A stretch of 63,426 bases of DNA, filler included, from Octopus bimaculoides (GCF_001194135.2; 6 parts of 6 records of this genome joined end to end with filler, not necessarily neighbours in it); one strand, 5' to 3'. Shown: positions 1 to 13,309, counted from the whole stretch's first letter. Notes: generated from the sequence alone by a model not told the origin. Translations and numbers: made by a program.

Positions 1-40
<40 letters not shown>

Positions 41-356
41 GTAAAATCTATGTAAAACCATATATATATATATATATATGTAAAAAGCTACATATATATA
101 TAAACACATTTATGCGTGTGTGCATGTATATATGTATGTATGTATGTGTATGTGCGTGTATCGTTGCACATACATGTCTATATATATATATATATATAGT
201 TGTATATATAGTTATATATATAGTTATATATGCATGTATATGTGTGTACAAACATGTGAGTATACGTAAGATAAGGTATACAATTTCGTGGTAGGTATCC
301 GTTTAACAAACAGAAACACGTATTGAAAGTAATATCCAAGAAATAATAACGCAGGA

Positions 357-404
<48 letters not shown>

Positions 405-627
405 AACGAAGGAGGGAAGGAAGGAAGGAAGGAAGGAATGAAGAAAAATGTAAAGAAAACGTTCAGAAAATGGTAGCCGGTCCTCTTCTGCATTTTTCAT
501 TTTGATACCTTTGTTGTTGTTAATGGCGGCATAGTATGTTGTATGTTGAACCAGAAAGTTTATTTCGTACGTGAATGTACTGAAAAAGAGAACGATTTCA
601 TTCTGTGTTTTATCCCTTCGTTTTTAC

Positions 628-682
<55 letters not shown>

Positions 683-808
683 TTATGGCGTAAGAATAAG
701 ATAGTATATATATTAGAATGAGATCGTTCACTTTTCTTGTACATTCATATGCTGTATGCGTGAGTGTGTGTGTGTATATACATATATATATATGTACACA
801 CAAACATA

Positions 809-843
<35 letters not shown>

Positions 844-970
844 NNNNNNNNNNNNNNNNNNNNNNNNNNNNNNNNNNNNNNNNNNNNNNNNNNNNNNNNN
901 NNNNNNNNNNNNNNNNNNNNNNNNNNNNNNNNNNNNNNNNNNNNNNNNNNNNNNNNNNNNNNNNNNNNNN

Positions 971-1010
<40 letters not shown>

Positions 1011-1051
1011 AATTTGTATTATACATATTCTTACACTTGAATATATGTGTT

Positions 1052-1107
<56 letters not shown>

Positions 1108-1179
1108 CGGACAGAGAGAAGACAGACAAACACACAGACAGACAGTCAGACAGATATTAAGAAGGAAAGAAAGAAAGTT

Positions 1180-1210
<31 letters not shown>

Positions 1211-1213
1211 AAA

Positions 1214-1273
<60 letters not shown>

Positions 1274-1302
1274 AGGAAAGAAAGAAAGAAAGAAAGAAAG
1301 GT
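1..1302. repeat. Mosaic of microsatellites: (TG)n, (TA)n, (GAAA)n, (GGAA)n, (GATA)n
   Basis: Direct reading: TG 1-36, GAAA/GGAA about 355-438, GATA about 1053-1106, GAAA about 1160-1300. Similar TA/TG/CA/GATA/TATG tracts recur throughout the window and border almost every N gap. Confidence 0.97.
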
Positions 1303-1647
1303 AAATAAACACAGGTAAGCTTGTGATATATATTTACATGGAACGCAAAATGTACATTGCAGAATAATAGAAAAAATGAACAAAAGAGGAATCGTGTAAA
1401 TTTTTATCACAACAGCCGTTTCAAGACGGTAATAACTAAAAGTAATAATCATATTCCTATGTAATATGTGTATAAAATCATAGATGTATGTCCTGTGACA
1501 CATCCCAATGAACATAAAATAAGTAATGGAATCGATGTCTTAGGCTGAAACCCTTCCAGGCCATTCCTCAGCATGTCTAAAATATAATAAAAGATAATAA
1601 ATAAAATAGATAGATAGAGAGACAGACAGACAGACAGACCGACATAG

Positions 1648-1707
<60 letters not shown>

Positions 1708-1718
1708 TGGTGGACACA

Positions 1719-1768
<50 letters not shown>

Positions 1769-1829
1769 CACATACACGCACGCACGCACACACATGCACA
1801 CACGCGATAATGTGTGGGAAATCACCAAA

Positions 1830-2540
1830 TGCTCAGACAAATACATATTGGAACAGATGGAAATTACTTTATGTAATTCTTCATTAACTCGTGACGATTA
1901 AATTTAGACGTGAACACATAAAATAAGCAACATAATAATTAGTTAAATTTGGACACTCATAACGTAAACTATACAAGAGAATGAAATGTGAGAATGAGGT
2001 AAACTTTAGAGGTACTAGGAGTCACAATGTTACACCTATAAATGATATTTTTAGTTAAGTATTCGAAAGGGTACCGATGAGCTATATTACAATTGCAGTC
2101 AGTTTTGTCAGAATGTAAATTAGATCAAATTCTGCCAAGTGAGAAAATACAATGTTACGTACAAGTTTAAATGTTGCACAAGAAAGTTTAATAGTGCCTG
2201 GCAGGAGAGTGAATAATCACTTAGAACAGAGACAAATATACGCACGTCAGATATATATATACAAACTTCTATATTGCATGGTGGATTATACCAACACGCA
2301 TTTCTTTTACAGTGTCTCATATTTTTATCTGCAACAATATTAAGAATATACTAAAAATTAGCAGAATATTAACAGCTAGTGCTCGTTATACTAAGAATGA
2401 TATTTAAAATCTTCATTAGAAGAAATATTTAATAATCTACACAAAGTGTGTTTAACTAAATCATTAATAAAACATCGATGGTAATTCGAAAGCATATGTG
2501 CATATTTTAAATGCTCATTAGGTTTATCATGACATATAAC
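1830..2540 (-). mobile_element. Decayed Penelope-like element: RT C-terminus followed by GIY-YIG-side region
   Basis: Manual minus-strand translation gives HDKPNEHLKYAHMLSNYHRCFINDLVKHTLCRLLNISSNEDF, then KRNACWYNPPCN, then DCNCN...LTKNIIYRC. These resemble recalled PLE motifs KPN..LY....SNHP..I......RLS.ISSNE, RKRNIIWFNPP and CNC...CL.KN.IY, in the expected order, with stops and frameshifts. Confidence 0.65.
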
Positions 2541-3071
2541 CATAAAAATTCTAAAACTTTCTTAAATTCAAATCTTTGCATACGAATAACTAATTTTATA
2601 CATTAAGAATATTATCGTAATTTTCGAATTTCTTCTATACTATTAACATATTGTTATTTCTAACGGCATTTTATAATTTCATTATACAATTNNNNNNNNN
2701 NNNNNNNNNNNNNNNNNNNNNNNNNNNNNNNNNNNNNNNNNNNNNNNNNNNNNNNNNNNNNNNNNNNNNNNNNNNNNNNNNNNNNNNNNNNNNNNNNNNN
2801 NNNNNNNNNNNNNNNNNNNNNNNNNNNNNNNNNNNNNNNNNNNNNNNNNNNNNNNNNNNNNNNNNNNNNNNNNNNNNNNNNNNNNNNNNNNNNNNNNNNN
2901 NNNNNNNNNNNNNNNNNNNNNNNNNNNNNNNNNNNNNNNNNNNNNNNNNNNNNNNNNNNNNNNNNNNNNNNNNNNNNNNNNNNNNNNNNNNNNNNNNNNN
3001 NNNNNNNNNNNNNNNNNNNNNNNNNNNNNNNNNNNNNNNNNNNNTGTGTGTGTGTGTGTGTGTGTATAGTG

Positions 3072-3128
<57 letters not shown>

Positions 3129-3129
<1 letters not shown>

Positions 3130-3360
3130 GTGGCGAGCTGGCAGAAACGTTAGCACGTCGGGCGAAAAGCTTAGCGATATTTTGTCTTCTGTTACGTTCT
3201 GAGTTCAAATTCCGCCGAGGTCGACTTTGCTCTTCATACTTTCGGGGTCGATGAATTAAGTACCAGTTACGAACTGGGGTCGATGTAATCGACTTAATCC
3301 CTTTGTCTGTCCTTGTTTGTCCCCTCTATGTTTAGCCTCTTGTGGGCAATAAAGGAATAA
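3129..3360 (+). mobile_element. tRNA-derived SINE, family S1, tail variant a
   Basis: Head GGCGAGCTGGCAGAAACGTTAGC, B-box-like GAGTTCAAATTCC, body GTCGACTTTGC..TCAT..TTTCGGGGTCG; closely matches the copy at 45801-46036. Confidence 0.9.
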
Positions 3361-4487
3361 GATAGATAGATAGGTAGATACATACATACATACATACATA
3401 CATAAATAGATAGATAGGTAGATAGATAGATANNNNNNNNNNNNNNNNNNNNNNNNNNNNNNNNNNNNNNNNNNNNNNNNNNNNNNNNNNNNNNNNNNNN
3501 NNNNNNNNNNNNNNNNNNNNNNNNNNNNNNNNNNNNNNNNNNNNNNNNNNNNNNNNNNNNNNNNNNNNNNNNNNNNNNNNNNNNNNNNNNNNNNNNNNNN
3601 NNNNNNNNNNNNNNNNNNNNNNNNNNNNNNNNNNNNNNNNNNNNNNNNNNNNNNNNNNNNNNNNNNNNNNNNNNNNNNNNNNNNNNNNNNNNNNNNNNNN
3701 NNNNNNNNNNNNNNNNNNNNNNNNNNNNNNNNNNNNNNNNNNNNNNNNNNNNNNNNNNNNNNNNNNNNNNNNNNNNNNNNNNNNNNTATATATATATATA
3801 TATATTCACACATACACACGCATATTTGTGTTTGTACACACGCAGTGACCGAACAAGCGAAAAAGCAGGAATCAGTACGTCTCCTTGGAGTTACATGTAC
3901 TTAATAACAATTTGATTAAGCTTCGCATTATTAAGAATTTTGTGGGTTTGTGATGCGTCAGCATAATCACTTTCACACACAAAGTGTTATATTGCATGTA
4001 ATAATAGGCTGTATTTTTTAGGGTCTGCCGGGTATACATAGACCGCCTACTTTATACTTATGACACTCACGCAAACTCATGTGCAGCCTGAGACCTCGCG
4101 AACTAAAACAATCAACTCGGTGTCTACGTGATTTACTGTTGCTGCTGTAATACAACACATTGCAGAATAACGCTTAACTGGCGCCAATATCTTGTCTGTG
4201 CTACCACGTGCATTATCCAGTATAAAGAGCTGATGTCGCTGATTTTTACCACATCCTGTAGAATACCAATAATGTGACACCAACATACTGTCTACTTCAC
4301 CACGTAGATTAACCAATTATGTAACTGACATCAATATATTGACCGAGAATAACCAGGTGACCTGAACTGTGCAATGGATATATAAGTTCTCTTGTCAGGA
4401 GAGCATTTTAAAATCTTTTTAAATTCTTTCTTCTCTGTCTCCATAATTCTGATCATACGGAAACAGAGGTGAGTCAAATGGTTATCA

Positions 4488-5251
4488 TTATTATCATTGA
4501 GTGAGAGAGCAGTGTTATCAAATTGACACTGGGGTAAAATATATAAAGCCTAATATACCCATCATGACTACCCGTCTCATAAGTGTACACCAGGCATAGG
4601 CATCACAACCATATGTGCGCAACATGGTGACCACATATCAAGATAAATAGCGCATGACCTTGCAGGTGAGACCCAGTTAGAATTTTCTTCAGGTCGAGAA
4701 CCCCTACCGCTCAAAATGTCCCTGAATGTTGAACGAAACACCTATATTTCCAGAGATGAATTTTTCAGACCCCAAAGAATTCCTCTCAACACATGCTTAT
4801 GATGGTCCCCAACTACTTCTGCTCGTAATCAGAGATGCTCATATTGTCAGCCACCAAGAGGCATGCTCAACTAGTTATGGTCAAGCAAGTGACAAGCAAA
4901 TGTGTTATTCTTTTCTACTCTATGCACAAGGACTGTAATGTTTGGGGAGGGGGCCAGTCGATTAGATCGACCCAGTACGCAAATGGTACTTAATTTATCG
5001 ACCCCGAGAGGATGAATGGCAAAGTCAACCTCGGCGGAATTTGAACTCAGAACGTAAAGACAGACGAAATACCGCTAAGCATTTCGCACGGCATGCTAAC
5101 GTTTCTACCAGGTCGCCGCCTTAGCAAATTTGTGTTACTGAGCAGGATATTTGCTGTAGCCCGTCTTTTATACCAAGACAAAACATGTACATGATAACAC
5201 TTCAAATCAGTTAAGATCAGAAGCCATGAGAGCGAGTGCCTGGTACTGCAT
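4488..5251 (-). mobile_element. About 550-bp non-coding interspersed repeat with (AAT)n tail, interrupted by a SINE
   Basis: 4488-4907 plus 5124-5251 align, inverted, with 58966-59520; both copies have the same two ends. Confidence 0.85.
4908..5123 (-). mobile_element. SINE S1, tail variant b, with target-site duplication
   Basis: Reverse complement of the S1 head, body and tail; flanked by AGCAAATGTGTTA (4895-4907) and AGCAAATTTGTGTTA (5123-5137). Confidence 0.88.
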
Positions 5252-5252
5252 A

Positions 5253-5420
5253 TCATTTCGTCCCGACTTTACGCTCTGAGTTCAAATGTCACCGGGGTTG
5301 AGTTTGCCTCTCGCCCTTTAGGGATCAGAAAAATAAGTATCAGTTAAATCTTAGGGTCGAAGTAATCGATTGGTCCCCTTCCCACTAATTCCAAGTTTTG
5401 TGCCTTTAGTAGAAAGGATT
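5253..5420 (+). mobile_element. 5'-truncated SINE S1b ending in (ATT)n
   Basis: CTGAGTTCAAAT B-box, S1 body, tail TTGTGCCTTTAGTAGAAAGGATTATC. Confidence 0.8.
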
Positions 5421-5427
5421 ATCATCA

Positions 5428-5503
<76 letters not shown>

Positions 5504-5504
<1 letters not shown>

Positions 5505-5720
5505 TTATGTTTGACTTTTGCTTTGCATTTGTACAAGTTGGATCCAAGTCTCACCCAGAGACCTCAAGAGACAACAAGTTAGAAGTTCATGTAGGTGTTA
5601 TGCCTAGGGTACCATATATTTGGATTGTGTTTGTTTTAAAATTTGAGATCACATAGACAGTATTTTACGTAGGATATGGGCAGTTCCCATGAGCACAATC
5701 TTTTGAACTTCAGCCATTTT
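5504..5720 (-). mobile_element. R4/Dong-like retrotransposon 3' end, lineage A, within an (ATT)n tract
   Basis: Reverse complement of 29780-30050 (MAEVQKIVLMGTAHILRKILSM* plus 3' UTR) with a short internal deletion; ATT repeats on both sides. Confidence 0.88.
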
Positions 5721-5734
5721 TATTATTATTATTA

Positions 5735-5837
<103 letters not shown>

Positions 5838-5860
5838 TGATATATTTATTTATTCATTAT

Positions 5861-6082
5861 TAAGGTGAGGAGCTGGCAGTATCGTTAGCACGCCGGGTGA
5901 AATGCTTAGCGATATATCTCGTCCGTCTTCACGCTCTGAGTTCAAATCCCGCCGGGGTCGACTTTGCCTTTCATCCTACCTGGATCGATATATAAAGTAC
6001 CAATGAAACACTGGGGTTGATATAATCGACTAGTTTCCTCCCCACAAATTTTCAGGCCTTGTGCCTTTAATAGAAAAGATTG
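5861..6082 (+). mobile_element. SINE S1b, full length
   Basis: GGAGCTGGCAGTATCGTTAGCACGCCGGG head, GAGTTCAAATCCC B-box, b-type tail then ATT repeats. Confidence 0.88.
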
Positions 6083-6107
6083 TTATTATTATTATTATTA
6101 TTATTAT

Positions 6108-6452
6108 TTGATGAAATCTCACAGCTTATTTTGCTGAGTATGATGGAAAGCGTCAGCTGTCCGCAGCCAGCAGACTAACGCGACACTTGTTTACTGGTCA
6201 TGCTTCAAGACCCCTGCAGAGAATTCTTGCAGTTTCAAGCAATGCTGATTGTTGTAGGTGTTCTACTTTCACATTTGTACCAATTTTTTTTCCAGCCATG
6301 TTGGTAGTTGAATGCCGATACTTCGAATTGCGCCAATTACTATTGGTACCACGTCTACTCTCCTCATAGATCACAATCTTCGTATTTTTTTACTTCAACT
6401 TGTCATAGCTGTTCAGTTTTTTTTCTTCTATCTCTTTGATCCTGTTGACACC
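6108..6452 (-). mobile_element. R4/Dong-like 3' end, lineage D
   Basis: Manual translation EKKLNSYDKLK...RVDVVPIVIGAIRSIG..LPTWLEK..GTNVKVEHLQQSALLETARILCRGLEA*, typical of the C-terminus after the RLE domain; (AAT)n tail on the sense strand. Confidence 0.8.
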
Positions 6453-6474
6453 ATTATTATTTTTATTATTATTA

Positions 6475-6512
<38 letters not shown>

Positions 6513-6513
6513 G

Positions 6514-6930
6514 TTCAGTAGTTTTATTTTTATAACGTGCTTTCACTTCACTACCGAGCGCAGCTCTGTGCGCCTTGGGTATGTGCTGTGGTTTGCTGTG
6601 GTGCTCTTATGTTTACTGTATTGAAAGTGTTTTGCGTAGAATGTGTGCAGGACCCAGTAGTGCAATTTTCTGTATGTTATATATATTTGTAAGTCCTGGT
6701 GTTTTTGTTATGTATTTGTCTGAATATTTTTTTATTATACCTAAGGCACCTACTATGATAGGAATAGTTTCTGTTTTTAGATTCCACATTCGAGTTACCT
6801 CTATTTCCAGGTCTTTGTATTTTGAAAGTTTTTCCATTTCTTTTAGAGAAACGTTGTCATCTGCTGGTATTGATACATCAATTAGAAAGCATTTTTTTTC
6901 TTCATGATCTTTGACAACTATATCTGGTCT
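6514..6930 (-). mobile_element. R4/Dong-like 3' end, lineage B (RLE domain)
   Basis: RPDIVVKD..EKKCFLIDVSIPADDNVSLKEMEKLSKYKDLEIEVTRMWNLKTETIPIIVGALG...QKIALLGPAHILRKTLSIQ* (supplied ORF 6613-6837), PD-(D/E)xK motif, AAT tail. Confidence 0.92.
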
Positions 6931-7210
6931 AGTTTGAAGTTTGCTTTGTATTTGTACAAGTTGGTTCCACGTCTAACCCAGAGACCTCAAGAGACAGCAG
7001 GCTAGAAGTTCATGTTGGCGTTATGCCTAGGGTGTCGTATATATGGTTTTACACAAAAGTATTGTTCTAGGGAATGTTTAAGAAAGCATAAGAAAATTAT
7101 GAGTTTGTTTTAAAATTTGAGATTACATAGACAATATTTTACATAGGATATGGGCAGTTAACATGATATTGGCAGTTCCCACGAGCAATATCTTTTGAAT
7201 TTCTGCCATT
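6931..7210 (-). mobile_element. R4/Dong-like 3' end, lineage A, abutting the lineage B copy
   Basis: Homologous to 5504-5720 and 29780-30050; its tail is replaced by the 5' end of the lineage B fragment. Confidence 0.85.
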
Positions 7211-7211
7211 A

Positions 7212-7266
<55 letters not shown>

Positions 7267-7277
7267 TATTATTATTA

Positions 7278-7312
<35 letters not shown>

Positions 7313-7356
7313 TATCTATTTATTTATTTACATATTTATTAATCTATTTATTTATT

Positions 7357-7550
7357 AAGGCGACGAGCTGACAGAATCGTTAGTATGCCGGGCGGTAAAT
7401 AATTAAAGATATTTTGTCCGTCTTCACATTCTGAGTTCAAATTTCGCCGAGATGGACTTTGCCTTTCATCCCTCCGGGATCGATAAAAGAAGTACCAGTT
7501 GAATACTGGGGTCAATGTAATCCACTTACCTACTCTCCCTCGTGCCAAAA
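7357..7550 (+). mobile_element. SINE S1
   Basis: GGCGACGAGCTGACAGAATCGTTAG head, CTGAGTTCAAATT B-box, S1 body. Confidence 0.85.
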
Positions 7551-7621
7551 TTATTATTATTATTATTATTATTACTACTACTACTACTACTATTATTATT
7601 ATTATTATTGTTATTATTATT

Positions 7622-7653
<32 letters not shown>

Positions 7654-7865
7654 AACTATTATTGTTTGTAAATTACAACAGGTATATAGTGCATTGTTGT
7701 ACCATTCAAAACTTTTTATTCTTTACAAACAATACACAATGCTTCAGGCGAACTACAATACTCTCCTATTATTGTTGTTGTTGTTGTTATCATTATTATC
7801 ATTATTATTATTATCATCATCATCATTATTATTATTATCTATTTATTTATTTATCTGTTTTACTA

Positions 7866-8075
7866 TTAAGACCGTTAGCACATCGGACAGGATGTTTTGT
7901 AGTATTTTTTCTTGCTTTATGTTCTGAATTCAAATTCCGCCAAGCTTCCCTTTGATTTAGAACCTTTCGGAGACGATAACTTAAGTGCGAGTTAAGACAC
8001 TGAAATCGATATAATCACCTAGCCACCACCCCACCCCCTTTGAACTTCCGGCCTTGTACTGATAGACGAAAGGAT
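7866..8075 (+). mobile_element. Diverged SINE S1b
   Basis: CCGTTAGCAC head remnant, CTGAATTCAAATTCCGCC, b-like tail GGCCTTGTAC...GAAAGGATTATT. Confidence 0.7.
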
Positions 8076-8094
8076 TATTATTATTTGAGTATGC

Positions 8095-8395
8095 TAAACA
8101 TCACAACACCCTCCAAGGCACAAGTCCGGGCAAGGTTGTTTATGGAAGACCAGCAGTTGCCCATGCATACCGGCCTCCCCACTCCCCACCACTGATATCA
8201 TCCAAGGGAAAGGCAAAGGCTGATACAGCTTGGCACCTGTGACGTCACAACTCATTTCTACAGCTGAGTGAACTGGAGCAATGTGAAATAAAGTGTCTTG
8301 CTCAAGAATACAACACACAGCCCAGTCCAGGATTCGAACTCACCACCTCACGGTCGTAAGATCGACAATCTAACCACTGAGCCATGTGCCTTCAT
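8095..8395 (-). mobile_element. tRNA/CORE-like SINE, head S4 with tail S6
   Basis: Minus strand has TGGCTCAGTGG A-box, GAGTTCGAATCC B-box and CORE-like TTGAGCAAGACACTTTATTTCAC; tail related to 45187-45310. Confidence 0.82.
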
Positions 8396-8738
8396 ATATA
8401 TATATATATATATCTATATATANNNNNNNNNNNNNNNNNNNNNNNNNNNNNNNNNNNNNNNNNNNNNNNNNNNNNNNNNNNNNNNNNNNNNNNNNNNNNN
8501 NNNNNNNNNNNNNNNNNNNNNNNNNNNNNNNNNNNNNNNNNNNNNNNNNNNNNNNNNNNNNNNNNNNNNNNNNNNNNNNNNNNNNNNNNNNNNNNNNNNN
8601 NNNNNNNNNNNNNNNNNNNNNNNNNNNNNNNNNNNNNNNNNAGAGAAAGAAGGCGGAGAAAAAGAAACAGAGTGGGAGAGTGAGAGAAAGAGGAAGAAAG
8701 AAGGAGTGACAGACAGACAGACAGACAGACCGACAGAC

Positions 8739-8802
<64 letters not shown>

Positions 8803-9565
8803 GTGAATATTCATGTAATGCTGGCGGGCGTAACCAACACAAAGTCAAGGGGAGGTAATCAAAACTTCTGCAATCAGTTTTTCTATAAATAATATAGACT
8901 AAATTATTAACTATGGAAAATTAATAGAACAAATTGTTTATAAACACAATTTTTAGTTTAATAAATTTTGTTTGTTTACTCTGTTCATTATCCAGCTATT
9001 TATCCGTAGAAACAGTGAATTGCAATAATAAATGAAAGTTTTGATCAACTGTACATTGTTTCCTTATTGATTATTTTTAATTATAATCAAGACATTTAAT
9101 AATGAAAGTTCTTTTCCTTATTGAAAGATCTATTTATTATTAGAAGTATTGAAATCGGTAAGTCGGCCGAATCGTTAGCATGCAAGTATAAAGACTTGAA
9201 GTTACTGAAACTGCCATTTTAAGTTACCCCCGGTAATCTGAACTCGATTTCCAATTGACTCTACTCTGTTCAAATTTCCCCTCTTCGATTACACTAAATT
9301 GATAAATTCTACCGCTTACAACACATAATATGTTCATGGCATTAATCACGTGTAACATTCAAGATCGTAAACTAATCTTAAAATTTGAAAATATAAAAAA
9401 ATATTTGATTTATAAACATCCCCAAACATTTTTATGATGCCCTTAAAAAAAAGACATTGAACATCAAAGATTTTAAGTCTGCAATTTTTTTAAAAATAAA
9501 ACCATTACTATCTGATAATTTAAAACTGTTATTTCAGTTGGAATTCATAAGAGATAAAATTTAAT

Positions 9566-9792
9566 TACAAATATATTTATACATTTCAAATGCAATCGAA
9601 ATATATATAATTCAAAACAACATATATTAACGCACATACACTTTAAAATGCAAGCGAAATATCTTTATTATACAAAACAAAATATATCAATACACTTTAA
9701 ATGCGAACGAAATGTATTTATGTATAAAACAAAATATATTTATACATTTTAAATGCAAACGATTTGTATTTATATAAGAAAATGTTTATACA
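9566..9792. repeat. AT-rich minisatellite, about 52-bp unit, about 4 copies
   Basis: Recurrent ATACA(C/T)TTTAAATGC..ACGAAAT....AAAACAAAATATAT units starting at 9579, of 57, 54, 52 and 46 bp. Confidence 0.8.
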
Positions 9793-9874
9793 GTTACTGG
9801 TAGTTGTTATAAATATTAAGCTGCAGAAAAAAGTGATGATAATAATGGTATGAAATTTTGGAGCGGAGCAACCG

Positions 9875-10220
9875 GTATTTGTGTGCGTGGGTTAATGGCT
9901 AGTGGTCGTGAGTTCGATTCCGGCGTCGCGTTGACCCCTTGAGCAAGACACTTTATTTCACGTTGCTCCAGTCCACTAAGCTGTGCCTTTGTCTGTCTTC
10001 GTTGCCCCTCCACACACACACACACACACGCTATCACCTGACAACTGATGCTGGAGAGTTTATCTCTCTGTAACTAAGCGGTACGGCAAAAGACACCGAT
10101 AGATTAAGTACTAAGCTTACAAAGAATAAGCCCCGTGGTCGATTACTTCGACTAAAAACCCGTTAAGGCGGTGCTCCAATATGGCCGCAGTCAAATCACT
10201 GACCGAAGTAAAAGAAAAGG
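9875..10220 (+). mobile_element. SINE, head S4 joined to tail S3 through a CA tract
   Basis: GAGTTCGATTCC and TTGAGCAAGACACTTTATTTCACGTTGCTCCAG, followed by the GACAACTGATGCTGG...AAGGCGGTGCTCCA tail. Confidence 0.78.
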
Positions 10221-10676
10221 ATTATATATACACACACACACACACACACNNNNNNNNNNNNNNNNNNNNNNNNNNNNNNNNNNNNNNNNNNNNNNNNNNN
10301 NNNNNNNNNNNNNNNNNNNNNNNNNNNNNNNNNNNNNNNNNNNNNNNNNTGTATGTATGTATGTATGTATCTATATATAAATATACATAAATACATACAT
10401 ACATACATACATGCATACATACGTACGTACATATACGTGCATAGATGCAAATAAATATACATAACAAAAGTATAGTAATATAAGGGTGTGAGGTGGGGCT
10501 GGGCATTGTTTTTTTTTTCAGGCATGTTTAGATGTATGCATGTGTGAATGTGTACGTTCGTTGCAGATGAATAAATGTATGCAATGATGCATAGTCCTAA
10601 ATATACACAGACACACGCGCGCACACAGTGGCTCATATACAAGTGTGTGTGTTTATGCGTGTATGCATGAATGTAC

Positions 10677-10735
<59 letters not shown>

Positions 10736-10769
10736 CAGGTTGATAGATTGATAAAGATAGATGTGTGTG

Positions 10770-10831
<62 letters not shown>

Positions 10832-11046
10832 CGTGCGTGTGTGTGTGTGTGTGTGTATCATATATATATGGGAGGTTGCATAGCTGTATGTGTGAGTATG
10901 AACATGTATATATGTATATGTCGATATGTTTATTCACACCCAAAAATCCCTATATCGCAACCGCTGACCCCCACCTCCCATATACATACACCTGTTTCAC
11001 ACATCAGGAAATAATAGACTATCCCCCCACACACACACACACACAA

Positions 11047-11079
<33 letters not shown>

Positions 11080-12896
11080 ATCACACACACACATATTATA
11101 TATATAGTCTCATAAACTACCACGAAAACGTCCTACACACACTAACACAACTCACACATCACGCCTCCGTCAAACACTAAACAGCACATATACACAAACG
11201 TACACACACACATAATCACACACATACATGCATAGTGCTCCTCCGCATACAACTTCCTAGTCGAAAGCCACACCANNNNNNNNNNNNNNNNNNNNNNNNN
11301 NNNNNNNNNNNNNNNNNNNNNNNNNNNNNNNNNNNNNNNNNNNNNNNNNNNNNNNNNNNNNNNNNNNNNNNNNNNNNNNNNNNNNNNNNNNNNNNNNNNN
11401 NNNNNNNNNNNNNNNNNNNNNNNNNNNNNNNNNNNNNNNNNNNNNNNNNNNNNNNNNNNNNNNNNNNNNNNNNNNNNNNNNNNNNNNNNNNNNNNNNNNN
11501 NNNNNNNNNNNNNNNNNNNNNNNNNNNNNNNNNNNNNNNNNNNNNNNNNNNNNNNNNNNNNNNNNNNNNNNNNNNNNNNNNNNNNNNNNNNNNNNNNNNN
11601 NNNNNNNNNNNNNNNNNNNNNNNNNNNNNNNNNNNNNNNNNNNNNNNNNNNNNNNNNNNNNNNNNNNNNNNNNNNNNNNNNNNNNNNNNNNNNNNNNNNN
11701 NNNNNNNNNNNNNNNNNNNNNNNNNNNNNNNNNNNNNNNNNNNNNNNNNNNNNNNNNNNNNNNNNNNNNNNNNNNNNNNNNNNNNNNNNNNNNNNNNNNN
11801 NNNNNNNNNNNNNNNNNNNNNNNNNNNNNNNNNNNNNNNNNNNNNNNNNNNNNNNNNNNNNNNNNNNNNNNNNNNNNNNNNNNNNNNNNNNNNNNNNNNN
11901 NNNNNNNNNNNNNNNNNNNNNNNNNNNNNNNNNNNNNNNNNNNNNNNNNNNNNNNNNNNNNNNNNNNNNNNNNNNNNNNNNNNNNNNNNNNNNNNNNNNN
12001 NNNNNNNNNNNNNNNNNNNNNNNNNNNNNNNNNNNNNNNNNNNNNNNNNNNNNNNNNNNNNNNNNNNNNNNNNNNNNNNNNNNNNNNNNNNNNNNNNNNN
12101 NNNNNNNNNNNNNNNNNNNNNNNNNNNNNNNNNNNNNNNNNNNNNNNNNNNNNNNNNNNNNNNNNNNNNNNNNNNNNNNNNAACAGTGGTGGTGGATGAT
12201 GATGATGATGATGATGATGAAGGTGGTGTTGGTAGTGGTGGTGGTGGTGGTGGTGTTGGTGGTGGCGGTGGGGAGTTTATGATGACGGTGATGGTGATGA
12301 CTTGCCTCTTCCTTACTCCTATTCTTACCCACGCATGCGTGCATGGGCAAAAACACACACACACACACACACATACCCGTATATTCGTTATTAGTTATTA
12401 TTATTATTAGTTATTTATTTTACTATATACAAATACTCACAACAAACATTCTCAACGCATACATATACACACATATATATGCATATATATATGTGTGTAT
12501 ATATATACGTATACTATTTTGCCCTTTCGCTCCAACTTTCTCTCACTCTTTCTTCCTGTTTCTTGAGTAACGCTGCGATGGACTGGCGTCCCGTCCAGCT
12601 GGGGGGGGGGGACACACACATATGCCACAGAAACCGGGAAACCGGGCCCATGAACCTGGATGGGCTTCAAAAGGGCCCATAATATATATATATGCATATG
12701 TGTGTGTATGTATATGTATACATAAGTATAAATGTATATATATATATATATGTATGTATACAACCACATATATTATATACATATACATGTATTTATAGAT
12801 TCATTCATATATATATATAATATGCTTCCAGTTTAGCATTCTGGCTTTTTTTCATTTTCCTATATATATATATCCTATATATATATATATATATAT

Positions 12897-12938
<42 letters not shown>

Positions 12939-13309
12939 TACACACAGACATATATAGATATATTACATGCATGCATACGCACACACACACACACAATCAC
13001 TGCTGTAGCTTTCTCATTTTCATAGTTTGACCTTCCTGGTAGTAAATATGGAAATCAATACCATTTATTAGTGTCATTCTTATTAACATCATTGTTATTA
13101 TCGTAGTTGATCCTGTGCTTACGATTGCTGTTGTTTGTATTGCTGTTGCTGTTGTCGCTGTTGGTGTTGTTGTAGTTGCTGTGGTCGTCGTCGTCGTCAG
13201 CATGGTTGGTTGCTATTTTTGCAAGTACGACCTGAACAGTTCGCTTAACCAATAACAGTGTCAAATGTACAATGTCTTTATACGTGGTAAACATTGAATC
13301 TAGCGTTCA

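Noticed and set aside
4022-4316. Possible exon or 79-aa minus-strand ORF in unique DNA
   Set aside because: No recognisable motif in any frame and no paired splice sites.
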